From an uncultured Pseudomonadota bacterium (GTDB lineage Bacteria; Myxococcota_A; Polyangia; Fen-1088), in the NCBI GenBank assembly GCA_963737345.1, contig CAVTSM010000009.1:7532-71531 (forward strand): a DNA stretch of 64,000 nt, read 5' to 3'. The stretch's first letter is position 1, and every line of letters starts with the position of its first letter. Shown piece by piece: positions 1 through 10,453 of this stretch. A model generated the notes under the pieces. The model saw nothing but the letters and a program-made list of their open reading frames with translations, had not been told where the DNA came from and did not search any database. The translations under genes and the position numbers were made by a program.

Positions 1-3000
1 CGGCATGACTCGCGGCGACCGAGACGTGGTGTCGCTGATACCGCTCATGAGCGCGACGGAGCGCCATCAGGTGCTGGAGGGGTGGAACGCGACATCGAGG
101 ACATATCCGAATGACCGCTGCGTTCACGAGTTGTTCGAAGACCAGGTGGCGAGGGCCCCCGGAGCAGTGGCGGTGGTGTGCGGAGCAGAGAGACTGACCT
201 ATGGCGAGCTGAACATTCGGGCGAATCGGCTGGCGCACTATCTGCGGAGCTTGGGCGTTGGACCGGACGTGCGGGTCGGGGTCTGCTCCGAGCGCAGCGT
301 GCAGATGGTGGTCGCGTTGCTGGGTACCCTGAAGGCAGGAGGCGCCTATGTTCCGTTGGACCTCGCGTATCCTCCAGACCGACTTGCCTACATGATCGAG
401 GACAGCGATCCGGTCGTTATTCTGACGCACGGACGTGTGCCTGGCGCTAGTTTCGTCTGGGCACGCTCAATCCCGGTACTCGATCTGGAAACGGACCGAG
501 ATCTCTGGTCCGACCGGCCGGCCGGCAGCGCGAATGCAAGGGGCAACGGTCTGACGGCGCGGCACTTGGCGTACGTGATCTACACGTCGGGTTCGACGGG
601 GCGGCCCAAGGGCGTGATGATTGAACATCGCAGCCTGGTGAACTACGCGCTGGACGCGGTCCGGTGGTTTCAGCTCAGTGCGGCGGATCGGGTGTTGCAG
701 CACAACTCGTTGAACTTTGATCTGTCGATTGAAGAGGTCATCCCGGCATTGGCTGCAGGTGCGACGCTACTGCCAATCAACGGTGTGTTCGGGATGGCTG
801 AACCTGATGGGGAGATGCGGCCGACCTTTGTCCACTTGTCCGCCGCCCACTGGAGCACGCTAGTGACAGAAGGGCTGCGCGCACCCGGGCGCGTCCGTGC
901 CCTGCTGGAAGGAGTTCGGATGCTGAACGTGACCGGGGACGCGATGCCGGTGCAGAAGCTGGAGCAATGGCAGGCTCTTGGCCTGGAGCGCGTCAAGTTG
1001 ATCAATACATACGGCCCTACTGAGACGACGGTCTCGTGCACAGCCGCGTATGTAGCGCACGACCCGTCCGCAACGAGCGTCACGATAGGCAAGCCGTTTG
1101 CGAATACAAGAATCTATGTCCTAGACCAGAATGGGGTACCCGCACCGATCGGTGTGGCAGGTGAGATCTGCGTGGCAGGGGTCGGTGTCGGGCGTGGTTA
1201 CTTGAACCAGCCGAGCCTGACGGCTGAGCGATTCACGACCGATCCGTTCGTGCAAATGCCGGACGCTCGGATGTACAGGACTGGAGACGTTGGGCGGTGG
1301 TTAGCAACCGGTATGCTGGAATGTCTGGGCCGCCAAGACGACCAGGTGAAAGTGCGGGGGTTTCGCGTTGAGCTCAACGAGGTCGAGACGCGACTGGCCG
1401 CGATGGCGGGAGTCGAGGAGGTGGTGGTGGTTGCGCCCGGAGAGGCGGGCGGCGAGAAGAGACTGGTGGCGTACTACACCGGCCTGGCGGCGCCGGGGGA
1501 GCTGCGGACAAAAGTGCGAGAGGCGTTGCCGGACTACATGATCCCGGCGGCGTATGTGCGGCTCGAGAAACTGCCGCTGACGCCGAACGGGAAGCTGGAT
1601 CGTAAGGCGTTGCCAACCCCGGGCGGCGACGCCTACGTGTCGCGGGAGTATGAGGCGCCGAGAGGCGAGGTCGAAAAGACTGTGGCGGCCCTTTGGTCAG
1701 AGCTTCTGAAGGCCGAGCGTGTAGGACGCAATGACAATTTCTTCGAGCTCGGTGGGCATTCGTTGCTGGCCGTCAGATTGGTGGAACGAATGCGACAAGC
1801 CGGACTGCAGACGGACGTTCGCGTGTTGTTCACGACGTCCACGTTGGTCGAACTGGCTCGGGCAGTATGCATGGGACGCAAAGAAGTGATGATTCCGTCG
1901 AATCTGATCCCGCTGAACGCGACGGCAATCACGCCAGAGATACTGCCGCTAGTCGAGCTGACGCAGGTAGCAATCGACGCCGTAGTCGCAAAGGTTCCTG
2001 GCGGGGCGGCGAACGTGCAGGACATCTACCCGCTGTCTCCCTTGCAAGAGGGGATCCTGTTCCACCACATTATGGAAACCGAAGGGGACACTTACCTCGA
2101 GCCGACGGCGCTAAGCTTCGAAACGCGGGCTCGGCTGGACCAGTTCGTGGAGACGCTGCAGAGGGTGATTGCGCGCCACGACATCCTGCGAACGGCGGTA
2201 ATGTGGGAGGGACTGGAGGAGCCTGTTCAGGTGGTTCACCGACGGGCGGAACTACGTGTCGAGACGGTCAGGTTCGAGGCTGACCAGGGTCCAGTGATCG
2301 AGCAGCTGAAAAGTAAGTACGACCCGCGACACTATCGGCTGGACGTTCGTGAGGCCCCGCTGCTTCGTGGGTTCGCGGCGGAGGACGGGAACAGCGGGCA
2401 GTGGTTGTTGCTGATCCTCGCTCATCACCTGGCACTAGACCACGCTACCCTGGACGTTCTGGTCGACGAGGCGGGAGTGATCGAGGCCGGGCGCGGTGAA
2501 GAACTATCTGCCCCGGTCCAGTTTCGAGACTTCGTGGCGCAAGCACGGCTGGGCGTGAGCCGGGCAGAGCACGAGGCGTTCTTCCATGACATGCTGGGTG
2601 ATCTCGACGAGCCGACAGCGCCCTTCGGGTTAGTCGACGTGCGGGGAGTCGGGACCGCGATCGGTGAAGCGCGTGTGATACTGCAAAGTTCGGTGTCGCG
2701 AGCGGTGCGGGAGTGCGCGCGACGGCTAGCCGTGAGCGCGGCGAGCCTGATGCATTTGGCGTGGGCGCTCGTGCTGGCTCGTGTGTCGGGCCGAAAAGAC
2801 GTCGTGTTCGGGACGGTGATGTTGGGGCGCATGCAGGGCGGTGCGGGCGTGGATCGGGTGCTAGGGATGTTCATCAATACGTTGCCCATGCGTGTAAGGA
2901 TGGAGGGGAGCGTCGAGGAGGCGACGAGACAGACGCACGCGCTGCTCGCGCAACTGATCCGGCACGAGCACGCGCCTCTAGCGCTGGCGCAGCGGTGCAG

Positions 3001-6000
3001 CGGCGTACCTGCGCGAACGCCGCTGTTCTCTTCCTTGTTCAACTACCGGCATTCTCCGGTCGGTGAGGGCGCCGGCGAACGCGTTCCGGGACAAGGCATC
3101 ATCGGAATGGAGGTGTTGTGGTCTGAGGAACGCACCAATTATCCGCTGACTCTCTCGGTGGACGATACGGGCCAAGAATTCGTCGTGACCGCGCAGGTGA
3201 GCAGGTCGATAGACGCCGAACGCGTATGTGCGTACATGCAGACCGCTGTCAGCGAGCTTGTAAACGCGCTGGAATTCGCGCCCGGAACTGCGTTGGTTCG
3301 CGTGGATGTGATGCCCACGGGGGAGCGGCATCAGGTGTTGGAACGATGGAATGCGACGGCGCTAGAGTATCCGGGCGATAGGTGCTTGCACGAGTTGTTC
3401 GAATACCAGGTGCAGCAGAGGCCCGACGCCGTGGCGGTTGTATCTGGAGACGAGCGCCTTAGCTACGCGGAACTGGACATCCGAGCGAATCGACTCGCTC
3501 ATCGTTTAGTCGAGGTCGGGGTAAAGACTGGAGATTGCGTGGCCGTCGCCTTCGAGCGCTCGGTGGGGCTGGTCGTGGCGGAGTTGGGAATACTGAAAGC
3601 GGGAGCGGCCTACGTACCCCTGGACGCCGTCCTGCCTGGGCCCCGGCAAGCGGCCATGCTGGCCGATTGCGGCGCTGCGATCATTGTGACGACAGCCGCG
3701 TTCAAGCTGTCTCCGGAGATCCTCGCGGACGGGAATCGGACGCGGCTCGATCTCGATGAGACGCCACAGAGCGCGTCGAGCGACAGGCTTCCCGTGGAAG
3801 TGGATGCCAGGGCGGCTGCGTACGTGATGTACACCTCCGGGTCTACCGGGGTGCCGAAGGGCGTCGCTGTGCCGCATCGCGCGGTGAACCGTCTGGTCGT
3901 GAACAACGGATATGCGAAATTTACGCCGAGCGATCGGGTTGCGTTTGCGGCAAACCCAGCGTTCGACGCAAGCACGATGGAGGTCTGGGCACCGCTCGTG
4001 AACGGTGGGAGCATTGTCGTGATCGCACCCGACGAGGTTCTCGATCCCAGCGGGGTCGGTGAGGCTCTTGACCGACACGGTGTGACTGCGCTGTTCTTAA
4101 CGACCGCGTTGTTCAACCAGTACGTGACGTCGATTCCAAGCGCATTGGCTCGCCTGCGGTTCCTGATGACGGGCGGCGAACGGAATGATCCGCAGGCGTT
4201 TGCGCGCATGCTCGAGGAGAACGGACCGGAGCACTTGATTCATTGCTACGGACCCACCGAAACGACGACTTTTGCGATCACGCATGAAGTGCACCGGGCG
4301 AACGTGTCCCGGGGCACCTTGCCGCTCGGGCGGCCAATCGGGAACACTCAGGTCTACATTCTCGACGGAGAGCGGCAGCCGTCGCCAATCGGTGTCCTTG
4401 GGGAACTCTATATCGGCGGAGCGGGGGTGGCGTGCGGATACCTGAACCAACCAGAGCTGACAGCAGAGCGGTTCCTACCGGACCCGTTCAGCGCCGAGGC
4501 CGGGGCGCGGATGTACAAGACAGGGGACGTCGGGCGGTGGCTGGCTGACGGAACGGTGGAGTACCTGGGGCGGAATGACTTCCAGGTGAAGGTGCGCGGG
4601 TTCCGGATCGAGCTTGGAGAGGTCGAAGCGCGACTGCGGAGCGCCGAAGGTGTCCGGGAAGCCGTCGCGGTGGTGCTTGAGGAGGGGACCGAGAAGCGGC
4701 TGGTGGCGTACTACACGGGGGCGGAGGCTACCGAGGTGGAGGTGCTGCGTGCGCACATGCGACAAGCGCTGCCGGAGTACATGGTCCCGGCCGCGTACGT
4801 ACGGTTGGAGGCGTTGCCGCTAACGTCGAACGGGAAGGTGGACCGGAAGGCGCTACCTCTGCCCGAGGGTGATGCCTACGTGAAGACCGGATACGAGCCG
4901 CCGAGAGGCGCTATGGAAGAATCGCTGGCGAGGCTTTGGGCGGACCTGCTGAAGGTGGATCGGGTAGGACGCAATGACAGTTTCTTCGAGCTGGGTGGGC
5001 ATTCGCTCATGGCCGTGAGGTTAATTGAGCGAATGCGACAGATTGGATTGCACACGGACGTTCGGGCGCTGTTTACGACGTCGACGTTGGCGGAGCTGGC
5101 GGGCGTGGTAGGCACCGGAGGGGGTGCCGTGGAGGTCCCGCCGAATGAGATTCCGGCGGGTGCGGCCGCGATCACGCCGGAGATGCTGCCGCTTGTGAGG
5201 ATGAAGCAGGCGGAGATCGACGCTGTAGTAGCGAAGGTGCCTGGCGGTGTGGGGAACGTGCAGGACGTCTACCCACTGGCTCCATTGCAAGAGGGGATTC
5301 TGTTTCACCACATGATGGGGGGGGAAGGGGATACTTACCTTCTTCCAACAGTGCTGCGGTTCGGAAGCCGGGCGCGGCTCGGGCGATTCGTGGAGACGCT
5401 GCAGAAGGTGGTCGACCGGCACGACATTTTGCGGACGGCGGTGATGTGGGAGGGCTTGGTAGAGCCGGTGCAGGTCGTGCAACGGCGAGCGGAGCTGCAG
5501 ATCGAGACGGTGACGTTCGACCATGAACAGGGGTCCGTCGTCGAGCAGCTGAAGAGGAAGTACGACCCGCGGCGATACCGACTGGACATTCGCGAGGCGC
5601 CTTTGCTGCGTGGGTTCGCGACAGAGGAGGAGAGCGGGCGGTGGCTGCTGCTGGTGCTGGCGCATCACCTGGCGCTGGACCACACGACGATCGATGCGCT
5701 GGTCGACGAGACGGAGCGGATCGAAGCGGGGCGGAGTGACGAGCTGGCTGCGCCGGTTCCGTTCCGAAACTTCGTTGCGCAAGCGCGGCTTGGTGTGGCG
5801 AAGGAGGAGCACGAGGCGTTCTTCCAAAAAATGCTTGGGGACATCGACGAGCCGACGGCACCGTTCGGGCTGACGGATGTGCAGGGAGACGGGAGCGCGA
5901 TCGGTGAGGCACATCTAATGCTGGAGCCATCGGTATCGCGGGCGTTGCGAGAGCGCGCGCGGCGGCTAGGTGTGAGCGCGGCGAGCCTGATGCATCTGGC

Positions 6001-9000
6001 GTGGGCGCTGGTGCTGGCGCGAGTGTCGGGGCGAAACGACGTGGTGTTCGGGACGGTGATGTTGGGTCGCATGCAGGGCAGCGCTGGCGCGGATCGGGTA
6101 CTGGGGATGTTCATCAACACGCTGCCGGTGCGCGTGAAGGTGGAGGGGAGCGTGGAGGGGGCAGCGCGGAAGATGCAGGCGCTGGTGACGGAACTAATCC
6201 GTCACGAGCACGCGCCTTTGGCGCTGGCGCAGCGGTGCAGCGGGGTACCGGCGCAGACGCCGCTGTTCTCGTCGCTGTTCAATTACCGGCACTCTCCGGT
6301 CGTCGAGGCTCCCGTCCAGGGCGATTCGGACGAAGGGGTCGATCCTATCGAGGTGGTGTGGTCCGAAGAGCGGACCAACTACCCGCTGACGTTGTCGGTG
6401 GACGATATGGGTCGAGACTTCATGGTGACGGCACAGGTCAGCACGCGGGTGGAGGCCGAGCGGGTGTGCCGGTACATGGAATCTGCAGTCGGTGAACTCG
6501 TAAAAGCGCTGCAGGAGGCGCCAGGGGCCGCACTGCTGCGTGTGGACGTGATGTCGGCGGCGGAGCGGCGTCAGGTGGTTGAGGAGTGGAATGCGACGGC
6601 GGTGGCGTATCCGACCGACCGGTGCTTGCACGAGCTGTTCGAGGAGCAGGTGGAGCGCACGCCCGAGGCAGTGGCGGTGGTATCGGGAGACGAGAGACTC
6701 ACGTACGGTGAGCTGAATGTGCGGGCGAATCGGCTGGCGCGGCTGCTGATCGAGCTCGATGTGGAGATTGGTGACCGAGTGGCGATAGCACTCGAGCGCT
6801 CGACGGAGTTGGTGATTGCGGAGATGGGGATTGTGAAGGCGGGCGCGGTGTACGTACCTCTGGATGCGGTGTTGCCTGGGGTTCGCCAGGCAACGATGCT
6901 GGCCGACTGCGGCGCGACGGTGATCGTGACGAGAGTTGGTTTCAGCTTGGCTTCGGAGGTGGTGGCAGCCGGGGTGCGGCGGCTCGAGGTGGATGAGGTG
7001 CGTGCCGAGGTGGGGGCTGGGGACGATCTTGGTGTGAAGGTCGACGCTGGGGGGGCGGCGTATGTGATGTACACGTCGGGGTCGACGGGGGTGCCTAAGG
7101 GGGTCGTCGTGCCGCATAGAGCGGTGAGCCGACTGGTGGTGAACAACGGGTATGCGAAGTTCGGAGTGACGGATCGGGTGGCATTCGCGGCGAACCCAGC
7201 ATTCGACGCGAGCACGATGGAGGTGTGGGCACCGCTGCTGAATGGCGGCTGCATCGTTGTGATTGCGACCGATGTGCTGCTGGAGGGGAAGCGTCTGTCC
7301 GCAGAGCTGGATGGCAAGGGCGTCACAGTGCTGTGGCTGACGGTGGCGCTGTTCAATCAATATGTTGACGCTCTATCGGCGGTGACGTCGCGGCTGCGAT
7401 ATCTGATCGTAGGGGGCGATGTTCTCGACCCGAAGGTAATGGCGAAGGTTCTGCGCGAGGGACGGCCGGAGCACCTGCTCAATGGCTATGGACCGACAGA
7501 GACGACAACGTTCGCGCTGACCCACGAGATTGGGATGGCCGACACCGGCAGAAACTCGATTCCGCTGGGGCGACCGATCAGCAACACGCAGGTGTACATC
7601 CTGGGTGCTGATGGGGAGCCGGCACCGATCGGCGTTGCTGGAGAGCTGTACATCGGCGGAGCGGGAGTGGCATGCGGGTACCTGAACCAGCCGGAATTGA
7701 CGGCGGAGCGGTTCGTGGCGGACCCGTTCAGCGGGGTGGCCGGGGCGCGGATGTACAAGACGGGGGACGTCGGGCGGTGGCTGGCTGACGGGACGGTGGA
7801 GTACCTGGGGCGAAATGACTTTCAGGTGAAGGTACGCGGGTTCCGGATCGAGCTCGGGGAGATCGAAGCGCGGCTGCGGAGCGCCGAAGGTATTCGGGAA
7901 GCAGTGGTGGTGGCGCACGAAGAGGGTGGCGAGAAGCGGCTGGTGGCGTACTACACGGGCGGGGCGGCGCCGGAGGCGCTGCGCGCGCATCTGCGAGAGG
8001 CGTTGCCGGAATACATGGTGCCAGCGGCGTATGTCGGGCTTGAGACGTTCCCTCTGACTCCGAACGGGAAGGTGGACCGGAAGGCGCTCCCTGTGCCCGG
8101 AGGCGACGCGTACTCGTCGCGCGGATACGAAGCGCCGCGCGGGGAAATAGAGGAGGGGCTGGCGAGGCTTTGGGCGGAGTTGCTGAAGGTCGACAGGGTC
8201 GGTCGTCACGACAACTTCTTCGAGCTTGGCGGACATTCGCTCATGGCGATTCAGCTCATGTCGCGTGTGCGGCGCGACATGGGCTTGGAGATGGTCTTGC
8301 GTGAGCTCCTGCAGCGGCCAACACCCGCCAGCCTCGCTATGAGTCTAAACGCGCGAGGCCCAAGCTTGCGCAGCCAGACGGTGGTTGCCATTCGGTCGTC
8401 TGGGGAGCTGGCACCCATGTTCGTCGTGCATGGCATTGAAGGGGAGGTGACCTTCGTGCGCGATTTGGCGAACGCCCTGGATCCACGGATGCCCGTTTTT
8501 GGAGTGGCGGCGACCGGGTTTGTTTCTGGTGAGACACCGTCGACGTCCGTGCCCGAGATGGCGGCGCGCTACGCAGCCGCAATCAGGGAGGTGCAGCCCC
8601 GCGGCCCCTACCGCGTGATGGGTTACTCGGCCGGTGGTCTGTTTGCGTATGCGATTGCCGAGTGTCTACTGAAGGCGGGTGAGACCGTCGGCTTCCTCGG
8701 ACTGATCGATTCGACAATCACATTCGGGCCGTGGTTGGCCGATTTGGTGGGAGCGATTAGAAATGGCCGCGGAACGGGCAGGGACGAGACGGCGGTGTTT
8801 GGTGCTTTTGTCAGGAGTCTCGTGCCTCAGGAGGAGAAGACGCGACTGGAGGGGCGCATAGCTAGCGGAGACCTCGCGGCGATGCTGGAGGATGTCAAGA
8901 GCCTCGGGATCATCGAGCCGGACGTCGACGCAGAGACGGTCCGTCGGATGCTGCGTGTCAGGGCGGGGATTTTTGAGGCTATCTCGTTTTATCGACCCTC

Positions 9001-9190
9001 GCCTTTGCCGCTGGCCGCGACCTTCTTTCACACAGGAGAACGCGACGAGGCGATCGCTTCGGCGGGCTGGACCGACCTCGTCATGGGGGAGCTGCGGATT
9101 GTCCGAATAGACGGCGAGCACCACACGATCCTTTTGCCTCCCCATCTGAAGCCGCTTGGCGCCGCCATCATGGAGGCGCTGGAGGCATGA
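1..9190 (+). CDS. Non-ribosomal peptide synthetase, 3' portion (A-T-C-A-T-C-A-T-TE); 5' end lies outside the window
   Basis: Single 3061-codon ORF open to the window edge; its first residues resemble the C-A linkers seen again near 3300 and 6540. Three adenylation domains: YTSGSTG(R/V)PKG at 581, 3830 and 7070, plus YGPTE, Y(R/K)TGD, QVKVRGFR(V/I)EL and NGK(L/V)DRKAL. Three carrier domains (FFELGGHS; Ser codons 1760-1762, 5003-5005, 8237-8239). Two condensation domains (HHLALDH at 2423-2443 and 5663-5683). Terminal thioesterase (GYSAGG, Ser 8627-8629). Confidence 0.95.
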   Translation, partial: GMTRGDRDVVSLIPLMSATERHQVLEGWNATSRTYPNDRCVHELFEDQVARAPGAVAVVCGAERLTYGELNIRANRLAHYLRSLGVGPDVRVGVCSERSVQMVVALLGTLKAGGAYVPLDLAYPPDRLAYMIEDSDPVVILTHGRVPGASFVWARSIPVLDLETDRDLWSDRPAGSANARGNGLTARHLAYVIYTSGSTGRPKGVMIEHRSLVNYALDAVRWFQLSAADRVLQHNSLNFDLSIEEVIPALAAGATLLPINGVFGMAEPDGEMRPTFVHLSAAHWSTLVTEGLRAPGRVRALLEGVRMLNVTGDAMPVQKLEQWQALGLERVKLINTYGPTETTVSCTAAYVAHDPSATSVTIGKPFANTRIYVLDQNGVPAPIGVAGEICVAGVGVGRGYLNQPSLTAERFTTDPFVQMPDARMYRTGDVGRWLATGMLECLGRQDDQVKVRGFRVELNEVETRLAAMAGVEEVVVVAPGEAGGEKRLVAYYTGLAAPGELRTKVREALPDYMIPAAYVRLEKLPLTPNGKLDRKALPTPGGDAYVSREYEAPRGEVEKTVAALWSELLKAERVGRNDNFFELGGHSLLAVRLVERMRQAGLQTDVRVLFTTSTLVELARAVCMGRKEVMIPSNLIPLNATAITPEILPLVELTQVAIDAVVAKVPGGAANVQDIYPLSPLQEGILFHHIMETEGDTYLEPTALSFETRARLDQFVETLQRVIARHDILRTAVMWEGLEEPVQVVHRRAELRVETVRFEADQGPVIEQLKSKYDPRHYRLDVREAPLLRGFAAEDGNSGQWLLLILAHHLALDHATLDVLVDEAGVIEAGRGEELSAPVQFRDFVAQARLGVSRAEHEAFFHDMLGDLDEPTAPFGLVDVRGVGTAIGEARVILQSSVSRAVRECARRLAVSAASLMHLAWALVLARVSGRKDVVFGTVMLGRMQGGAGVDRVLGMFINTLPMRVRMEGSVEEATRQTHALLAQLIRHEHAPLALAQRCSGVPARTPLFSSLFNYRHSPVGEGAGERVPGQGIIGMEVLWSEERTNYPLTLSVDDTGQEFVVTAQVSRSIDAERVCAYMQTAVSELVNALEFAPGTALVRVDVMPTGERHQVLERWNATALEYPGDRCLHELFEYQVQQRPDAVAVVSGDERLSYAELDIRANRLAHRLVEVGVKTGDCVAVAFERSVGLVVAELGILKAGAAYVPLDAVLPGPRQAAMLADCGAAIIVTTAAFKLSPEILADGNRTRLDLDETPQSASSDRLPVEVDARAAAYVMYTSGSTGVPKGVAVPHRAVNRLVVNNGYAKFTPSDRVAFAANPAFDASTMEVWAPLVNGGSIVVIAPDEVLDPSGVGEALDRHGVTALFLTTALFNQYVTSIPSALARLRFLMTGGERNDPQAFARMLEENGPEHLIHCYGPTETTTFAITHEVHRANVSRGTLPLGRPIGNTQVYILDGERQPSPIGVLGELYIGGAGVACGYLNQPELTAERFLPDPFSAEAGARMYKTGDVGRWLADGTVEYLGRNDFQVKVRGFRIELGEVEARLRSAEGVREAVAVVLEEGTEKRLVAYYTGAEATEVEVLRAHMRQALPEYMVPAAYVRLEALPLTSNGKVDRKALPLPEGDAYVKTGYEPPRGAMEESLARLWADLLKVDRVGRNDSFFELGGHSLMAVRLIERMRQIGLHTDVRALFTTSTLAELAGVVGTGGGAVEVPPNEIPAGAAAITPEMLPLVRMKQAEIDAVVAKVPGGVGNVQDVYPLAPLQEGILFHHMMGGEGDTYLLPTVLRFGSRARLGRFVETLQKVVDRHDILRTAVMWEGLVEPVQVVQRRAELQIETVTFDHEQGSVVEQLKRKYDPRRYRLDIREAPLLRGFATEEESGRWLLLVLAHHLALDHTTIDALVDETERIEAGRSDELAAPVPFRNFVAQARLGVAKEEHEAFFQKMLGDIDEPTAPFGLTDVQGDGSAIGEAHLMLEPSVSRALRERARRLGVSAASLMHLAWALVLARVSGRNDVVFGTVMLGRMQGSAGADRVLGMFINTLPVRVKVEGSVEGAARKMQALVTELIRHEHAPLALAQRCSGVPAQTPLFSSLFNYRHSPVVEAPVQGDSDEGVDPIEVVWSEERTNYPLTLSVDDMGRDFMVTAQVSTRVEAERVCRYMESAVGELVKALQEAPGAALLRVDVMSAAERRQVVEEWNATAVAYPTDRCLHELFEEQVERTPEAVAVVSGDERLTYGELNVRANRLARLLIELDVEIGDRVAIALERSTELVIAEMGIVKAGAVYVPLDAVLPGVRQATMLADCGATVIVTRVGFSLASEVVAAGVRRLEVDEVRAEVGAGDDLGVKVDAGGAAYVMYTSGSTGVPKGVVVPHRAVSRLVVNNGYAKFGVTDRVAFAANPAFDASTMEVWAPLLNGGCIVVIATDVLLEGKRLSAELDGKGVTVLWLTVALFNQYVDALSAVTSRLRYLIVGGDVLDPKVMAKVLREGRPEHLLNGYGPTETTTFALTHEIGMADTGRNSIPLGRPISNTQVYILGADGEPAPIGVAGELYIGGAGVACGYLNQPELTAERFVADPFSGVAGARMYKTGDVGRWLADGTVEYLGRNDFQVKVRGFRIELGEIEARLRSAEGIREAVVVAHEEGGEKRLVAYYTGGAAPEALRAHLREALPEYMVPAAYVGLETFPLTPNGKVDRKALPVPGGDAYSSRGYEAPRGEIEEGLARLWAELLKVDRVGRHDNFFELGGHSLMAIQLMSRVRRDMGLEMVLRELLQRPTPASLAMSLNARGPSLRSQTVVAIRSSGELAPMFVVHGIEGEVTFVRDLANALDPRMPVFGVAATGFVSGETPSTSVPEMAARYAAAIREVQPRGPYRVMGYSAGGLFAYAIAECLLKAGETVGFLGLIDSTITFGPWLADLVGAIRNGRGTGRDETAVFGAFVRSLVPQEEKTRLEGRIASGDLAAMLEDVKSLGIIEPDVDAETVRRMLRVRAGIFEAISFYRPSPLPLAATFFHTGERDEAIASAGWTDLVMGELRIVRIDGEHHTILLPPHLKPLGAAIMEALEA

Positions 9191-9262
9191 CAAACCTGCG
9201 ATTTCGGCACACGGATTGGTTCGACGTCCTTGGGAGATCTTCGCACGACGAAGGAGCATCGA

Positions 9263-10216
9263 ATGAGCAGCCCGACGTACGTTCCCATTGAGCGCGTCGA
9301 AGGGCTCACGGTCGACGACTTTCGTCGACGCTTTGACCATCCGCAGCTTCCCGTCGTCATCACCGGCGCGATGCGCGAATGGAAGGCGTTGTCGAGATGG
9401 AACCACGCCTGGTTCAAAACGTTTGGCGATCTAAAGGTCCAGCTCAGCCTCGAGAGAGCCCATAACGCGCGCTCCAAGGAAACGACCATCTCCGACTACG
9501 TAGATTCAATTTTAAATGATACCGCCGGCGGGCACTACATGGACCAGTTTCCGTTCGAGAGGATTCCTGAACTCAACTCCTATGTGGAATCCGTGTACGT
9601 GCCACAGGAGCAGCTCAGAACCCATCATCTCTGGCTCGGCCCGGCCAACACGGAGATTAGCTTCCACAAGGACAACCACGATCCGTACCTCCTGGTCAGC
9701 AATCTGTTCGCCCAGATCAGTGGGCGAAAGCGCGTCCTTCTCGTGACGCCGGATCAGGACTCCGCGATGTACCCTTTCGACTCGGACCAGGGGCCGTACT
9801 GGCACAGTCAGGTCGATCACAATGCGCCTGACTTCGAGAAGTTTCCGAGGTTCAGACATGTCCGAATCTTGGAGGCAATCCTCCATCCTGGAGAAATGCT
9901 CTTTATTCCGGGAAATTACTGGCATTCGGTTCGCGCCCTTGACAGGAGCATTTCCGTCAGCTGTTGGTGGTTCACGCACCGGTTGGTCGACCTGTTCTTT
10001 GCCGGGTCGACCGCGCTGCAGGAAGGTAAGGCTTTTACTCCGATAACCATTCCTGATGTCGATGCGTTCGGGGGCGTGGCGAGGCTGTTGGCGGCATTGG
10101 ATGTCTTGCCACCGGAACAGCACGAAGCGGTCCTCACGTTGTCCACTCCAGAGGTGAGGCGGGTTATCCAGCTTGCAAGAGGGACGCGTGATCGGGTCGC
10201 AGATGTTGACCCCTAA
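9263..10216 (+). CDS. JmjC/cupin_8-type Fe(II)/2-oxoglutarate oxygenase (putative hydroxylase)
   Basis: ORF 9230-10216; I prefer ATG 9263, preceded by AAGGAG at 9251-9256. The N-terminus (PVVITGAMREWKALSRW) and an HxD...H triad (SFHKDNHD, NYWHSV) fit the JmjC/FIH-like cupin fold. About 70 bp downstream of and co-oriented with the NRPS TE. Lower GC (47% on line 9481). Confidence 0.8.
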   Translation: MSSPTYVPIERVEGLTVDDFRRRFDHPQLPVVITGAMREWKALSRWNHAWFKTFGDLKVQLSLERAHNARSKETTISDYVDSILNDTAGGHYMDQFPFERIPELNSYVESVYVPQEQLRTHHLWLGPANTEISFHKDNHDPYLLVSNLFAQISGRKRVLLVTPDQDSAMYPFDSDQGPYWHSQVDHNAPDFEKFPRFRHVRILEAILHPGEMLFIPGNYWHSVRALDRSISVSCWWFTHRLVDLFFAGSTALQEGKAFTPITIPDVDAFGGVARLLAALDVLPPEQHEAVLTLSTPEVRRVIQLARGTRDRVADVDP

Positions 10217-10453
10217 TCTTCGCATACGCCGGCGACAGTGAAGCCATCCGCGTTGTCCTGAGACTCGACGAACGAGCGGGCCACCGGCGCCGGGCTCCAC
10301 ATGTGTCGTGTGCATCCGTCGGACTCGCTCGTCAAAATGTAGCCGAACGGCTCTAGCAGCCCGCGGGCGGCTGAACCCAGTTTCCCGTCTAGCATCACAA
10401 CTCGCGGCGTCCGAGCTGTGCGATGGTCCGCGCCCGCCGCTTGGGGTGAGAAG

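Noticed and set aside
5021-7360. Long antisense ORFs inside the NRPS gene (for example 5021-5914, 5172-5930 and 6194-7360, all minus strand)
   Set aside because: They are Arg/Pro/His/Ala-rich low-complexity translations with no motifs, fully overlapped by an NRPS frame that carries all core motifs. These are typical shadow ORFs of high-GC DNA.
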